Assembly: GCA_963726195.1 (NCBI GenBank)
Contig: CAVSBO010000004.1
Span: forward strand, 288,001 to 352,000
Reading direction: 5' to 3'
Length of the DNA: 64,000 bases
From: Candidatus Thorarchaeota archaeon
GTDB lineage: Archaea > Asgardarchaeota > Thorarchaeia > Thorarchaeales > Thorarchaeaceae
Part shown: positions 39,683 to 48,985 of the stretch, piece after piece
Layout of the letters: every line of letters begins with the position of its first letter
How positions within the stretch are numbered: position 1 is the stretch's first letter
Made by a program: the position numbers and the translations under genes
Notes under the pieces: generated by a model
Databases searched by the model: none
The model's input: the letters and a program-made list of their open reading frames with translations, nothing else
What the model was told of the DNA's origin: nothing

Positions 39683-41612
39683 ACAGCGGCATCTGAGAAT
39701 CGCCCTGATCGGCAATGCAAACGTAGGCAAGAGCGCCATATTCAACCAGCTGACAGGCCTCCATCAGCATGTGAGCAACTGGCCCGGCAAGACTGTTGAA
39801 AAGGCAGAGGGGACACTGGCTCTCGGCGGCAGCGTTGTCGATGTTGTGGATCTGCCCGGGACGTACGGTCTGACGGCGAATTCGCCTGATGAGTCGGTCA
39901 GCCGTGAGTACATCACGTCCGACCCCCCAGATGCGCTGATCAATGTCGTCGATGCTGTGGCCCTAGAGAGGAATCTGTTTCTAACGCTTGAACTGCTCGA
40001 GCTGCAACCGCGGATGGTCATTGCGCTCAACCAAGTAGATGCTGCCGAGGGAATTGGCCTTAGAGTGGACTCAGTTCACCTCTCCGAGATTCTCGGGGTC
40101 CCTGTGATTCCGACAATAGGCACTCGAAACGTCGGTCTTCACACTCTCATGGAAGAGGCCATTCGGGTTTCGAATGGTCGCCAGCAGCAGTCCAATCCGA
40201 TTAAGTACAGCACTGAGTTAGAGAAGAGAATCCAAGAGCTTACAGACCTACTCGGAATCGAAGGACTACCTTTTCCGAGCCGCTGGGCTGCGTTGAGGCT
40301 TCTTGAGGGCGATGCCGAGATTGAGCGGCTAGTATATGCAGAGAAGCCCGACGTTGAGACAACTGTAACAAGACTGAGGAGCGAAATCGAGAGCCTGACC
40401 GGTCAAGATTCACGGGGTGCCCTTGCTTCAGAGCTTTACACAGTCGCTCACAGAGTTTCCTCTGAGGTCACGTTCCATATTACCGCCAAACCTACAGTCG
40501 AACAGTATGTAGATCGTCTTTCTCTGCACCCTGTGGTCGGCTACCTCGTCATGGCGCTTGTGATTGTATCAATGTTCTACACCGTATTCCTGTTGGGACA
40601 ACACCTTTCGTCGTTGCTGGATCAGGCATTCCAGATACTCAAAGCTGGGTACTATGCGTCCTTTCCGGGTGCTGTCGCAGGGTTTGTCTGGGTTGGAGTC
40701 ATCGAAGGTGTAGTTGCAGGCACAACCGTAGCACTCCCATACATAGTACCGTTCATTGTTGCGTTGTCCATCCTTGAGGACACGGGTTACCTTGCTCGCA
40801 TAGCATTTCTGATGGACTCGGCGATGCACAAGATAGGCTTTCACGGCAAAGGCTTCATCCCACTGATGCTTGGTTTCGGCTGCAATGTACCTGCTTGTCT
40901 CGGCTGCCGCATAATGGAAACAGGACGTGAGCGACTGATATGCGCCTTTGCGACGAGCCTTGTGCCATGCACTGCAAGAAGCATTGTGATCATGGGGCTG
41001 GTTGCAGTCTACGTGGGAATCGGGTGGGCTGCTGTTCTCTACATCATTGACTTCCTTCTTATTTTCGGCCTGAGTCGGCTAGCATTCAAGGTGCTGCCGG
41101 GAGAGCCTACCGGGCTAATCATGGATATGCCGCGCTACCGAAGGCCGAGTCTTGACAACACGATGAAGAAGGCCTGGGCCAACCTGAAGGAGTTCGTCTA
41201 CACTGCGTTTCCGCTCATAATAGTCGGTAACTTCGTAATCCAGCTTAGTAACGTCGTCGGATTGCTTTCCGTTGTTCAATCCTACATGAGTCCGGTGACC
41301 GTCCTATGGCTGGGTCTACCTGCAGTCACGGGCATCGTCCTCATATTCGGCATCCTTCGCAAGGAGATGACCATGATTCTTCTCGCGTCGCTTATGGGTA
41401 CGACGAACTTCGCCCTCATCATGTCACCTGTGCAGATGTTCGTGTTTGCATTCGTCGTCATGATTTACGTTCCATGCATAGCGACAATAGCAGTGCTTGC
41501 CAAGGAGTTTGGCCTTAAGAGGGCCGCGATAATCAGCATCGTAGAGGTATTGCTAGCAATCGCGTTGGGCGGCATCTTGCACTATGGGCTTCTGTTTCTG
41601 GGTTTCTCGTAA
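39672..41612 (+). CDS. feoB: Ferrous iron transporter FeoB
   Basis: GNANVGKS, NWPG.TVE, DLPG.Y, LEDTGYLAR.AF..D, GFGC..PA, Y.PC.AT. Confidence 0.96.
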   Translation: MGNEQRHLRIALIGNANVGKSAIFNQLTGLHQHVSNWPGKTVEKAEGTLALGGSVVDVVDLPGTYGLTANSPDESVSREYITSDPPDALINVVDAVALERNLFLTLELLELQPRMVIALNQVDAAEGIGLRVDSVHLSEILGVPVIPTIGTRNVGLHTLMEEAIRVSNGRQQQSNPIKYSTELEKRIQELTDLLGIEGLPFPSRWAALRLLEGDAEIERLVYAEKPDVETTVTRLRSEIESLTGQDSRGALASELYTVAHRVSSEVTFHITAKPTVEQYVDRLSLHPVVGYLVMALVIVSMFYTVFLLGQHLSSLLDQAFQILKAGYYASFPGAVAGFVWVGVIEGVVAGTTVALPYIVPFIVALSILEDTGYLARIAFLMDSAMHKIGFHGKGFIPLMLGFGCNVPACLGCRIMETGRERLICAFATSLVPCTARSIVIMGLVAVYVGIGWAAVLYIIDFLLIFGLSRLAFKVLPGEPTGLIMDMPRYRRPSLDNTMKKAWANLKEFVYTAFPLIIVGNFVIQLSNVVGLLSVVQSYMSPVTVLWLGLPAVTGIVLIFGILRKEMTMILLASLMGTTNFALIMSPVQMFVFAFVVMIYVPCIATIAVLAKEFGLKRAAIISIVEVLLAIALGGILHYGLLFLGFS

Positions 41613-41778
41613 GGCCCACGGACGCTTTTAGCTCGGGTGCTGGATGAGGTCATCTGGACCTGAGACAAGAGACTACATCTGGCTGTTGAAGTAGAGGCAT
41701 GTGGTAATTCTCACTAGCTATAAATGGAGGGCTGTATCGAGAAACTTGGGGCAACCGTCTCCGGAGCTGACGTAAGAC

Positions 41779-42639
41779 ATGGCATTCGAAGCTAAACCTG
41801 CGTATGTATTGTTGGATTCAAAACAGAAGGACCAGATTGAGAAGCTGCTGCCAATTGAGTTAGGGCTGTTCGGAGGCAGCGGCAACTATGACCCGACAGT
41901 GATTGAGAATCCCGTCGAAATCAAGGTCTTCACTCCATATGGAGCACCATCGGACAACTTCATCGTGGGAACAGTCAAGGGCCGCACTCTCGCGTTTCTC
42001 GCACGACACTGCAGAAACCACCGCATTCCTCCCCACATGATCAACTACCGTGCGAATGTGTGGGGGATGAAGTCACTCGGTGTTAAGAGAATAATCAGTC
42101 CTTGTGCGTGTGGAAGTCTGCAACCTGAGAAGATAGATCTCGGCGAGTTCGTGATTGTTGACCAAATCTTCGACAGGACATTCGGCCAAAGAAGGGACAC
42201 TTTCTTTGACGGAGGACCTGTGGCCCATGTCCCATTTGGGGATCCCTACTGTCCGGAACTAAGGAAGCTCGCGATAGAAACCGGGAAGCAGCTCAATTAC
42301 AAGGTGCATGAGAAAGGAACTTACGTTTGCATAAATGGTCCCAGGTTCTCCACCTATGCAGAGTCGATATTCTTCCACAACCAAGGGTGGGATGTCGTCG
42401 GAATGACAGCATACCCTGAGTCTGTGCTGGCGCGCGAGGCCGGGATTTGCTATTTGAACATAGCAATGCCTACTGACAAGGACGTTTACGGAACCGAACA
42501 TGTGACCCATGAAATGGTTCTGAAAACGATGGCCAGCAACATCGATCGGGTCCGCAAGATGACCTATGACCTGATTCCTAAAATACCGAAGAAAGCTACG
42601 TGCACCTGTCAGACCGCTATGGTGCACGGCCTATTCTGA
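41779..42639 (+). CDS. mtnP: S-methyl-5'-thioadenosine phosphorylase
   Basis: GGSG.Y, TPYG.PSD, RH...H.IPPH.INYRAN, GPRFST.AES, VGMT..PE..LARE. Confidence 0.93.
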   Translation: MAFEAKPAYVLLDSKQKDQIEKLLPIELGLFGGSGNYDPTVIENPVEIKVFTPYGAPSDNFIVGTVKGRTLAFLARHCRNHRIPPHMINYRANVWGMKSLGVKRIISPCACGSLQPEKIDLGEFVIVDQIFDRTFGQRRDTFFDGGPVAHVPFGDPYCPELRKLAIETGKQLNYKVHEKGTYVCINGPRFSTYAESIFFHNQGWDVVGMTAYPESVLAREAGICYLNIAMPTDKDVYGTEHVTHEMVLKTMASNIDRVRKMTYDLIPKIPKKATCTCQTAMVHGLF

Positions 42640-42650
42640 AAGGAACAGTT

Positions 42651-42700
42651 GGAGGTGAGCTCGGGACTAATCCCCAGAGCTCACATCCGGCTTTGTTTTA
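42651..42700 (+). terminator. Long hairpin plus T-rich tract after mtnP
   Basis: GTGAGCTC-GGGA-ctaa-TCCC-ca-GAGCTCAC followed by CTTTGTTTT. Confidence 0.6.
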
Positions 42701-42731
42701 GTCTGGTTACTGTTGTTCAGCTGGGAAGACT

Positions 42732-42833
42732 CTACCAGTCCTCGTCAAAATCCTCGTCGTCGCTCCAATCGTCGTCGTCATCGGAGTCGTTGTCAAAGTC
42801 ATCCTCGTCTCGGAACCAGAACAATGCGTTCAC
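42732..42833 (-). CDS. Small highly acidic peptide (33 aa), not in the ORF track
   Basis: GTG start gives MNALFWFRDEDDFDNDSDDDDDWSDDEDFDEDW-TAG; mixed GAC/GAT/GAG codons; TATA-like ATGCTTAA about 30 nt upstream; the frame is also open to an ATG at 42905. Confidence 0.65.
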   Translation of the reverse strand: MNALFWFRDEDDFDNDSDDDDDWSDDEDFDEDW

Positions 42834-43129
42834 CTTGAGAATCCCTAAGAGTGCGTTAGGTGTTAAGCATGCCCCAGAGCCCAGAAGCCGGTGATAGGCC
42901 TGCATGATTGTGAAGATGAGAAGAACTGGCCCTGATGCGAAATCTGAGTGTTATCAACGCTGATTGTATCTTTCAGTCGGTTTATATCATCAAAAGGGTA
43001 ATATCGGGTAGTTTGAATGCACTTCGGCAGTGTCACCCACGGTCCAAAAGTGGGTTGACGGCAACGTGTGCCCAATGAGGCCAATACCCATCACTGGGAC
43101 GTTATCATGACGAGCCCCGCTTTAAGGAT

Positions 43130-43954
43130 GTGATTCTTTCGACCGAGTCTAGATCCTCATCGCGCCGCACCTACGAAGTCATTGTGAGCGGCAGGGTGCA
43201 GCTCACTATTCTCTTGGAACCGACGAAGGATTTTGAGGTCTTGGTTGAGAAGGTGGAGGGAATAAAGAATCTGGCGAGAGGTGTCTTTGTTGCCAAGATG
43301 GAGTCTCAGCCAGTAAGGGATCTTATCCAGAGCGTGCGCCACATCTCATTGAAGAAGACGAAGCGGATACCGAGGGTCAAGGACTCGGGTCCCAGTGAGC
43401 CTGAGAACAGGACGTACACAGTGGTCGCTTACAGTTATGACAGCCCATCAGCACAGCAGAAGAAACAGACACAGAGACTCGTGCGCAGGTCTCCCTGCGT
43501 TAGATTGCGGCCCGGTGTCCTTCTCTTCCCCCATCTCAGGTCCAAGGAGTCTTTACGCTATTACAGGCAGGACACGGCTCATCCTCTCTATGATGCAAGG
43601 ACGTTCGTGGAGAAGATGAAGGAAAACGGCGCCGCGGTGCGGCGATGGTCTCATCTCAGGTTAGCGGACGAAAACAGCGAGGAGCTCGTTGGTCGCGCGA
43701 TTGAAAGAATGGTCTCCAAAGAAATGTCATTGATTGAGTTGAGACTGGCCAAACTCAGAGATGCAGCAGCCACTCCGGGCGTGCCTGTGAGAAAACTGAA
43801 AGAACGATATACCGTGATGGCGAGAAGGTTCAAGATTCTCAAGGCCAACTTCATGGCAGTACAGAGTATCTGGCATCACGATACCGAAAGAGAGCTCAGA
43901 AGGACGTACAACATCCAGCTGAAGGTGAAACGTGAGATTCTAGTCTGTCATTGA
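43130..43954 (+). CDS. Basic hypothetical protein with ChrB-N/PaaX/Cas2-like ferredoxin-fold segment
   Basis: YTVVAYSY.SPS.......RL.....VRLRPGVLLFP ... F...M.ENGA.V, then a helical tail; very Arg/Lys rich. Confidence 0.6.
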   Translation: MILSTESRSSSRRTYEVIVSGRVQLTILLEPTKDFEVLVEKVEGIKNLARGVFVAKMESQPVRDLIQSVRHISLKKTKRIPRVKDSGPSEPENRTYTVVAYSYDSPSAQQKKQTQRLVRRSPCVRLRPGVLLFPHLRSKESLRYYRQDTAHPLYDARTFVEKMKENGAAVRRWSHLRLADENSEELVGRAIERMVSKEMSLIELRLAKLRDAAATPGVPVRKLKERYTVMARRFKILKANFMAVQSIWHHDTERELRRTYNIQLKVKREILVCH

Positions 43955-44148
43955 CTCGACAAGTTTAGCACAAGCCGTCGTGCCGCCCGACTCTCACTAG
44001 GGCCATAACGCTGCGGAATTAGATTAGTCACTTTGACATCGCCTCTCCAGTATGGACACGCTCCAGAGTGTCTGCGCCGCTGAAACTTCTCATACGAACC
44101 AAAGGAGTGATAGCGAGGTTTTACATGAGTCCCCATGGCGAGTGCTTC

Positions 44149-44949
44149 ATGATTAGAATCGGCGTGGGTCAAACGCAGCCCAAGATTGGGGACAAAGCCT
44201 GGAACTTGGAGCAAACAAGGCGACTTCTCCAAGCCGCAGACGAGGAATCTGTCGATGTTGTCGTTCTTCCCGAGCTGCTCAACTCGGGCTATGTTTTCCG
44301 TTCCAAGAATGAGGCCAGTACCCTCTCCGAAGACATACCCACTGGACCATTCTCAAAGCTTCTTCGGGAGAGTTCTAGCAAGGGTCGGCTCATCGTGAGT
44401 GGAATATGCCAGAAGCAAGGCAATCTGACTTACAACTCAGCGGCGGCATTCGCCAATGGTGCATTGCTCACCACTTACCAGAAGCTGCATTTGTTCGACC
44501 GAGAGAGCGAGTGGTTTGCCTCAGGCAACAAAGAACCACCCGTAGTGGAGTTCCAAGGATATAGATTCGGCATCATGGTATGCTTTGACTGGGCTTTTCC
44601 AGAGGTGGCACGCATTCTGGCTCTCAAGTCTGCTCAAGTTGTTCTACATCCGGCCAACCTCGTTCTGCCCTACTGTCAGGATGCAATGAGAACTCGGTCG
44701 ATTGAGAACCGCGTGTTCACCGCCACGGCGAATCGCACTGGTCTCGAAAGGGGCGTTCAGTTTTCAGGACGGTCTCAAGTGACCAGTCCAAAAGGTGACA
44801 TACTCCTACGCCGAGGTGCAACGGACGAGGGACTATTCTGGGTTGATGTTGATCCGAGTGAAGCAGACAACAAGATGATTACGACTAGAAACCATGTTCT
44901 TAGAGATCGACGCCCGGAGGTTTACACAATACTTACGAAGACTTCCTGA
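44149..44949 (+). CDS. Carbon-nitrogen hydrolase (nitrilase/amidase superfamily)
   Basis: VLPEL..SGY, YNSA, YQKLHLF..E, VCFDW.FPE catalytic E-K-C triad. Confidence 0.93.
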   Translation: MIRIGVGQTQPKIGDKAWNLEQTRRLLQAADEESVDVVVLPELLNSGYVFRSKNEASTLSEDIPTGPFSKLLRESSSKGRLIVSGICQKQGNLTYNSAAAFANGALLTTYQKLHLFDRESEWFASGNKEPPVVEFQGYRFGIMVCFDWAFPEVARILALKSAQVVLHPANLVLPYCQDAMRTRSIENRVFTATANRTGLERGVQFSGRSQVTSPKGDILLRRGATDEGLFWVDVDPSEADNKMITTRNHVLRDRRPEVYTILTKTS

Positions 44950-45304
44950 TTCTGCGTGGATCTCTTTCGCGAGATTCCGATGCGGGATACTTGCGTGCAT
45001 TCTTTGCTATCTTGTTGATCACAGCAGTCGATGGACTGATTCCAACCGTATCGCAGAGGCGGAGCAGGTAGATCATGACATCAGCGATTTCGTCAGCCAT
45101 CGCCTCTCGATATTCGTCCTTTGCCAGTGAGCTCTCTACGTCTTCATCGCTGCGCCACTGAAAGAGTTCAAGCAGCTCTCCGATCTCGACGGCGGCTGAG
45201 ATAGCGAGGGCTGATGGCTTGTGATACTTGGTCCAGTTTCTTTCTTCCACGAAGCGTCTAATCTGAGCCATAATCTCTTCCATCGAAGGGGATTGGGAAG
45301 GCAT
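44933..45304 (-). CDS. MazG-like nucleotide pyrophosphohydrolase (dCTP pyrophosphatase-like)
   Basis: F..ER.W..YH.P..LA.....E.GELLE.FQW, DE.ADV.IYL, K...N..KYP. Confidence 0.92.
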   Translation of the reverse strand: MPSQSPSMEEIMAQIRRFVEERNWTKYHKPSALAISAAVEIGELLELFQWRSDEDVESSLAKDEYREAMADEIADVMIYLLRLCDTVGISPSTAVINKIAKNARKYPASESRERDPRRIRKSS

Positions 45305-45834
45305 CAATATCCCCTTTTGAGAGTCCTGTCGATTAGCACGACGCTGTACATGCACATGACTACTATGAATATAGCAACGGCGAATACTGGAATTGAAGAT
45401 TCGGGCAGCAGTCCAGCCCCAGTGAAAATGGTCATGAGAGAGTCAGTGACTCCTAGTACTCCACACAACCCGATAGTAATGCCGTTGAACATGCCGCCCC
45501 AGCGAAGACCGGCCCCCGGATTCAGCCTCCATATCTTGAAGCCAAATAGGGAGCCCGTTGAGAAAAGAATCACGAAGATGTATGTTGCAAAGATACTCCA
45601 GCGGTAGGTGTCCCACAAACCGACTGGGGTGAGTACCACCATAATGAAACCGAGAATCATAAGCACAAAGACCAAAGCCGGCCAAGGGTCACTGAGAAAA
45701 CCCCCTTTCTCTCCCTTTGTGGGTGTGACTTTCTCGGGGAATTCCTCCTCCTCAGCCTCTTCCGCCTCAAAAGAGTCTTCTTCCTCTTCAGTCTCATCGT
45801 CATTTTCAATTGGGGGTTGGTTGCGACGACTCAT
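45304..45834 (-). CDS. Four-TM membrane protein with acidic N-terminal tail
   Basis: DDETEEEEDSFEAEEAEEEE followed by four hydrophobic helices. Confidence 0.75.
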   Translation of the reverse strand: MSRRNQPPIENDDETEEEEDSFEAEEAEEEEFPEKVTPTKGEKGGFLSDPWPALVFVLMILGFIMVVLTPVGLWDTYRWSIFATYIFVILFSTGSLFGFKIWRLNPGAGLRWGGMFNGITIGLCGVLGVTDSLMTIFTGAGLLPESSIPVFAVAIFIVVMCMYSVVLIDRTLKRGY

Positions 45835-46005
45835 ACTCTGGCCTCGCGCTCTGCCCGCGACACAGAACCAGTCCGTTAAAACCCTTGTGTCCAAGCCAAC
45901 GAAGCAAATGCACGGACAGTTCCTGTTGAATCACAATCGACCTGGTTACCAAGGATGAGGTCCATAAGGCGAACTGTTAAAACAAATCGGCGCGGAGTCA
46001 TGCGT

Positions 46006-46611
46006 ATGTCCTTTGAGGGTCAGACCCGTGACCAATGGTTGCAAGCCGCACGTGTCTTCAGGCAGAAGGGCATGAACAAGAAGGCGATTGAGGCTTACCA
46101 GAAAGCACTGAAGGCTGACCCGAAATCAGTTGTGGCGCTGAATGAGATGGGCCTAGTTCACATTCATATCGGCGAACAGGACGCCGCCATTCAGGCCTTC
46201 GACAAGGCCATTGCAGTGATGCCGAACAAACCTGAAGCTTATGCGAACAAAGCAGAGGCATATCTCACAATGGGTGCCTTCGACGATGCTCTCAAGACTT
46301 CTGAGGAAGGTCTCAAGCATGCACCGAGTGACGCCTCACTATGGTGCCGAAAGGCAAGAGCCATGGAGAGTCTCTTGAAAATCCCAGAGGCTGTGAGCTG
46401 CTACAATGAGGCGTTAAAGTACAACTCTGGCGATCCCGAAACATGGAAGGCACTTGCTCTTTGTCTGGACGCTGAGCAGAAGTGGTCCGAGGTCGCTCGG
46501 GCGTACAGGATAGCCGCTGGACTACACAAGAAGCGCGGCGAGGCCCAAGAAGCTGAAAGCTGCTCCAAGTTCGCGAAAATGGCCGAAAGCAGTTCGGATG
46601 CCAATGCCTAG
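46006..46611 (+). CDS. Tetratricopeptide repeat protein
   Basis: About 5 TPRs (KAIEAYQKALKADP, AIQAFDKAIAVMP). Confidence 0.9.
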   Translation: MSFEGQTRDQWLQAARVFRQKGMNKKAIEAYQKALKADPKSVVALNEMGLVHIHIGEQDAAIQAFDKAIAVMPNKPEAYANKAEAYLTMGAFDDALKTSEEGLKHAPSDASLWCRKARAMESLLKIPEAVSCYNEALKYNSGDPETWKALALCLDAEQKWSEVARAYRIAAGLHKKRGEAQEAESCSKFAKMAESSSDANA

Positions 46612-46660
46612 ATATCGATGGCTTGGTGCTCTTTCTAGGTGCGTTGCCGTCAAGGTCATC

Positions 46661-46694
46661 AAAGAAAAGGGGAAAGAGGGGTGTGCACCCCTCT
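46661..46694 (-). terminator. Hairpin plus U-tract downstream of the PLD gene
   Basis: AGAGGGGTG-tg-CACCCCTCT (46675-46694) preceded by AAAGAAAAGGGGAA. Confidence 0.6.
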
Positions 46695-46749
46695 GCCATG
46701 ATACGCTTGTCCAAGCTGTGAACCAGTTCACTGCGATTCGCTATGGTTT

Positions 46750-48429
46750 CTACTTCTTCTTGAAGCAGGTGCCGCCAACGAGCACAATTACTGCCGCGAT
46801 GGCCACTATGGCGATGGTTGTCCACGGGATTTCCGAAACTGAGGTTGTAGTGGTTGTGGTTGAGAGAGAACCAAGAGCGTCTTTGACATGTATCACCATC
46901 TGGAATCCCTGATACCATGAGGGAGTTCCTGGGTTCACCTGCACATAGGCTAACACGGTGATGTTAGTGCCGTCTGGTTGAGCTGAAATCTGGTAGGTGA
47001 AGAACTCGAGATGCCCCTTTGGCGATGTGATGGCGTTCGTCGTTATCGTGTGGTTCGTCCATGCTCCTGCGCCGATTTTGACACTCAGGATGACCTGCGT
47101 AATCGAACTTCCGAAGAGTTCCTCGGCGTAAACAGTTACGTCGATGGGTGTCGTGCTCTTCGGTATGTTCGGGTGCCAGTACAGGTTCACATAGTCTTCA
47201 ACATCGCATGAAGCAATGCTCCAGTCATAGTCGAAGACTGCTTGATACCATTGAGCAACGTTTTGGTTCTGAATGATGACGCCCGCTTCTCTGTTGTCGA
47301 CAATGCTCTCGTCACTGAAGTTGATGCTGCAAACTAGGACGAGCCGACCGTCAACGATGATTCCTTTGTTGTGTTCCTCAGAGAACCACGTTGTGTCCTG
47401 CCAACCGATTGGAATCTTATTGGCCCAGCAGATATCAGATATGTTCTCGAAGTCCTTGGTCTCTGCCGTTATTATTCGAACGGTCACTCCTCGATTCTTA
47501 GCGGCCACGATTGCATCTATGACCTGATCAACTTGGCCTCCATCGTATACGCTCGTGAAGTACGGTATCTGTATGTCCAGAGTCACTTGAGCATTGTTTA
47601 TGCAATAAAGGATGGCCTGCAAGCTCGTGTCCGGACTGAAGACCGGTGTTACGTTCATCTGACCGCTGAACGTACCTGCAGCAGCAAACGGGCGAGGGTA
47701 GGAGCTGCCGCTCTCAGTGTAGGTCAAGGCGGTCCCGGTACCGTCCCCAGTAGTGTACGTCTTACCCCTACTCCAATCGTAGTCAAAGACCGCGCGATAA
47801 GCCGCGGCGACATCAACGTCCGTCATAGCGATGTCCCATTCACGGTTGGATATCTTGCCACTTTCTGGGAAGCTGGTCTTTGCCCAGTTTCCCGATTGAA
47901 CGACTATTGTCTTGTTGTCGATTATTATGAACTTTTGATGGGCTTGGGCAAAGTCAGTTGACTTAGTCCATCTGACGGGCAGACCAAGAGTAGTTAGGTT
48001 GTTGGCAACCCACTTGTTGGGGTCTTGATAGTTGAGGCTATTCCATCCAATCAAGAACTTCATCACCAGCGATGGCTTCGCCGTGTGAATCTGATGAATC
48101 AGGTCGACTATGTATGGGTTGTTTATCCCGAATATCTCGACATAGATGCTCTGCTGAGCACTGTTCAAGAAGTGCCACAGCTGGTCACGACTGCCATCGG
48201 GCGCTACGAAAGTAGTTACGTTCATGTTCTTGCTATATGTCGTCCAGGGAATTGCAGAAGGCGCGTATGGCGCTGCGGGCTTAGCGGAAGCCACTCCGGG
48301 CGGAAAAACCACGGGAGCAATTCCCATGATGAGAAGGCTGACTAGCAGAACACTTATTGTCCGATAATGAAAACCGGTCAATGCTTTCTCCTCTAACACC
48401 TGTGATGTCTCCAGCTCGGTACCCTTCAC
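46750..48429 (-). CDS. Exported phospholipase D superfamily protein with C-terminal membrane anchor
   Basis: Two HKD motifs (HQKFIIID, HNKGIIVD), N-terminal hydrophobic signal, Thr-rich linker, TM helix and KKK tail. Confidence 0.9.
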   Translation of the reverse strand: MKGTELETSQVLEEKALTGFHYRTISVLLVSLLIMGIAPVVFPPGVASAKPAAPYAPSAIPWTTYSKNMNVTTFVAPDGSRDQLWHFLNSAQQSIYVEIFGINNPYIVDLIHQIHTAKPSLVMKFLIGWNSLNYQDPNKWVANNLTTLGLPVRWTKSTDFAQAHQKFIIIDNKTIVVQSGNWAKTSFPESGKISNREWDIAMTDVDVAAAYRAVFDYDWSRGKTYTTGDGTGTALTYTESGSSYPRPFAAAGTFSGQMNVTPVFSPDTSLQAILYCINNAQVTLDIQIPYFTSVYDGGQVDQVIDAIVAAKNRGVTVRIITAETKDFENISDICWANKIPIGWQDTTWFSEEHNKGIIVDGRLVLVCSINFSDESIVDNREAGVIIQNQNVAQWYQAVFDYDWSIASCDVEDYVNLYWHPNIPKSTTPIDVTVYAEELFGSSITQVILSVKIGAGAWTNHTITTNAITSPKGHLEFFTYQISAQPDGTNITVLAYVQVNPGTPSWYQGFQMVIHVKDALGSLSTTTTTTSVSEIPWTTIAIVAIAAVIVLVGGTCFKKK

Positions 48430-48504
48430 TTATATCTTGCCCAACGTACATGTCGGAGGAAAGGCGAGTAACGTTATTATTCAGGATGTATCGCATACAA
48501 CGCT

Positions 48505-48762
48505 GTGAAGCTCTTCTACTATGTCGAACCCTCGGCCTACGAAGCGAGCATGAAGAAGGTGCGTGAGAAGTTTGGGATGCACCAAGAGGTAGATGAGGAC
48601 AAGACCATCTTGATGCTGGATGACAAGTCAAAGATTGAGCTAGTTACAGGTAGTTACGATCCGGGTCATGATGCGAAGGCTCTGGTAAGGGTCGTGCTCA
48701 TAGACCAGACGCTCAAGACATTCTTCGATTCGGTTTTTGGTGAGCCTTACAGAATCAAGTAA
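48505..48762 (+). CDS. Small hypothetical protein
   Basis: 85-aa ORF of normal composition, TTATTATT box about 30 nt upstream. Confidence 0.65.
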   Translation: MKLFYYVEPSAYEASMKKVREKFGMHQEVDEDKTILMLDDKSKIELVTGSYDPGHDAKALVRVVLIDQTLKTFFDSVFGEPYRIK

Positions 48763-48985
48763 CCGGCCGCCTCTTCAACAAGCGTCTCTACATCTCTCGA
48801 ATGCATAGCTTCCTTGTTAGAGAGAGCTTCGGCACTTTCGTTGTTGTAGATTCGCAGACTCCTCTCACACGTGTGTTTGTCTTCACCAATGACTGTGCGA
48901 GTGACTTAGCACATTCCTTCATCTTTAAAAAGGGAGCAATATCGGATGCGATACAATTCACACCTGTACGGAGGTCAGACAGTTC

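Noticed and set aside
42649-42894. Ser-rich plus-strand ORF
   Set aside because: Antisense shadow of the Asp-rich peptide
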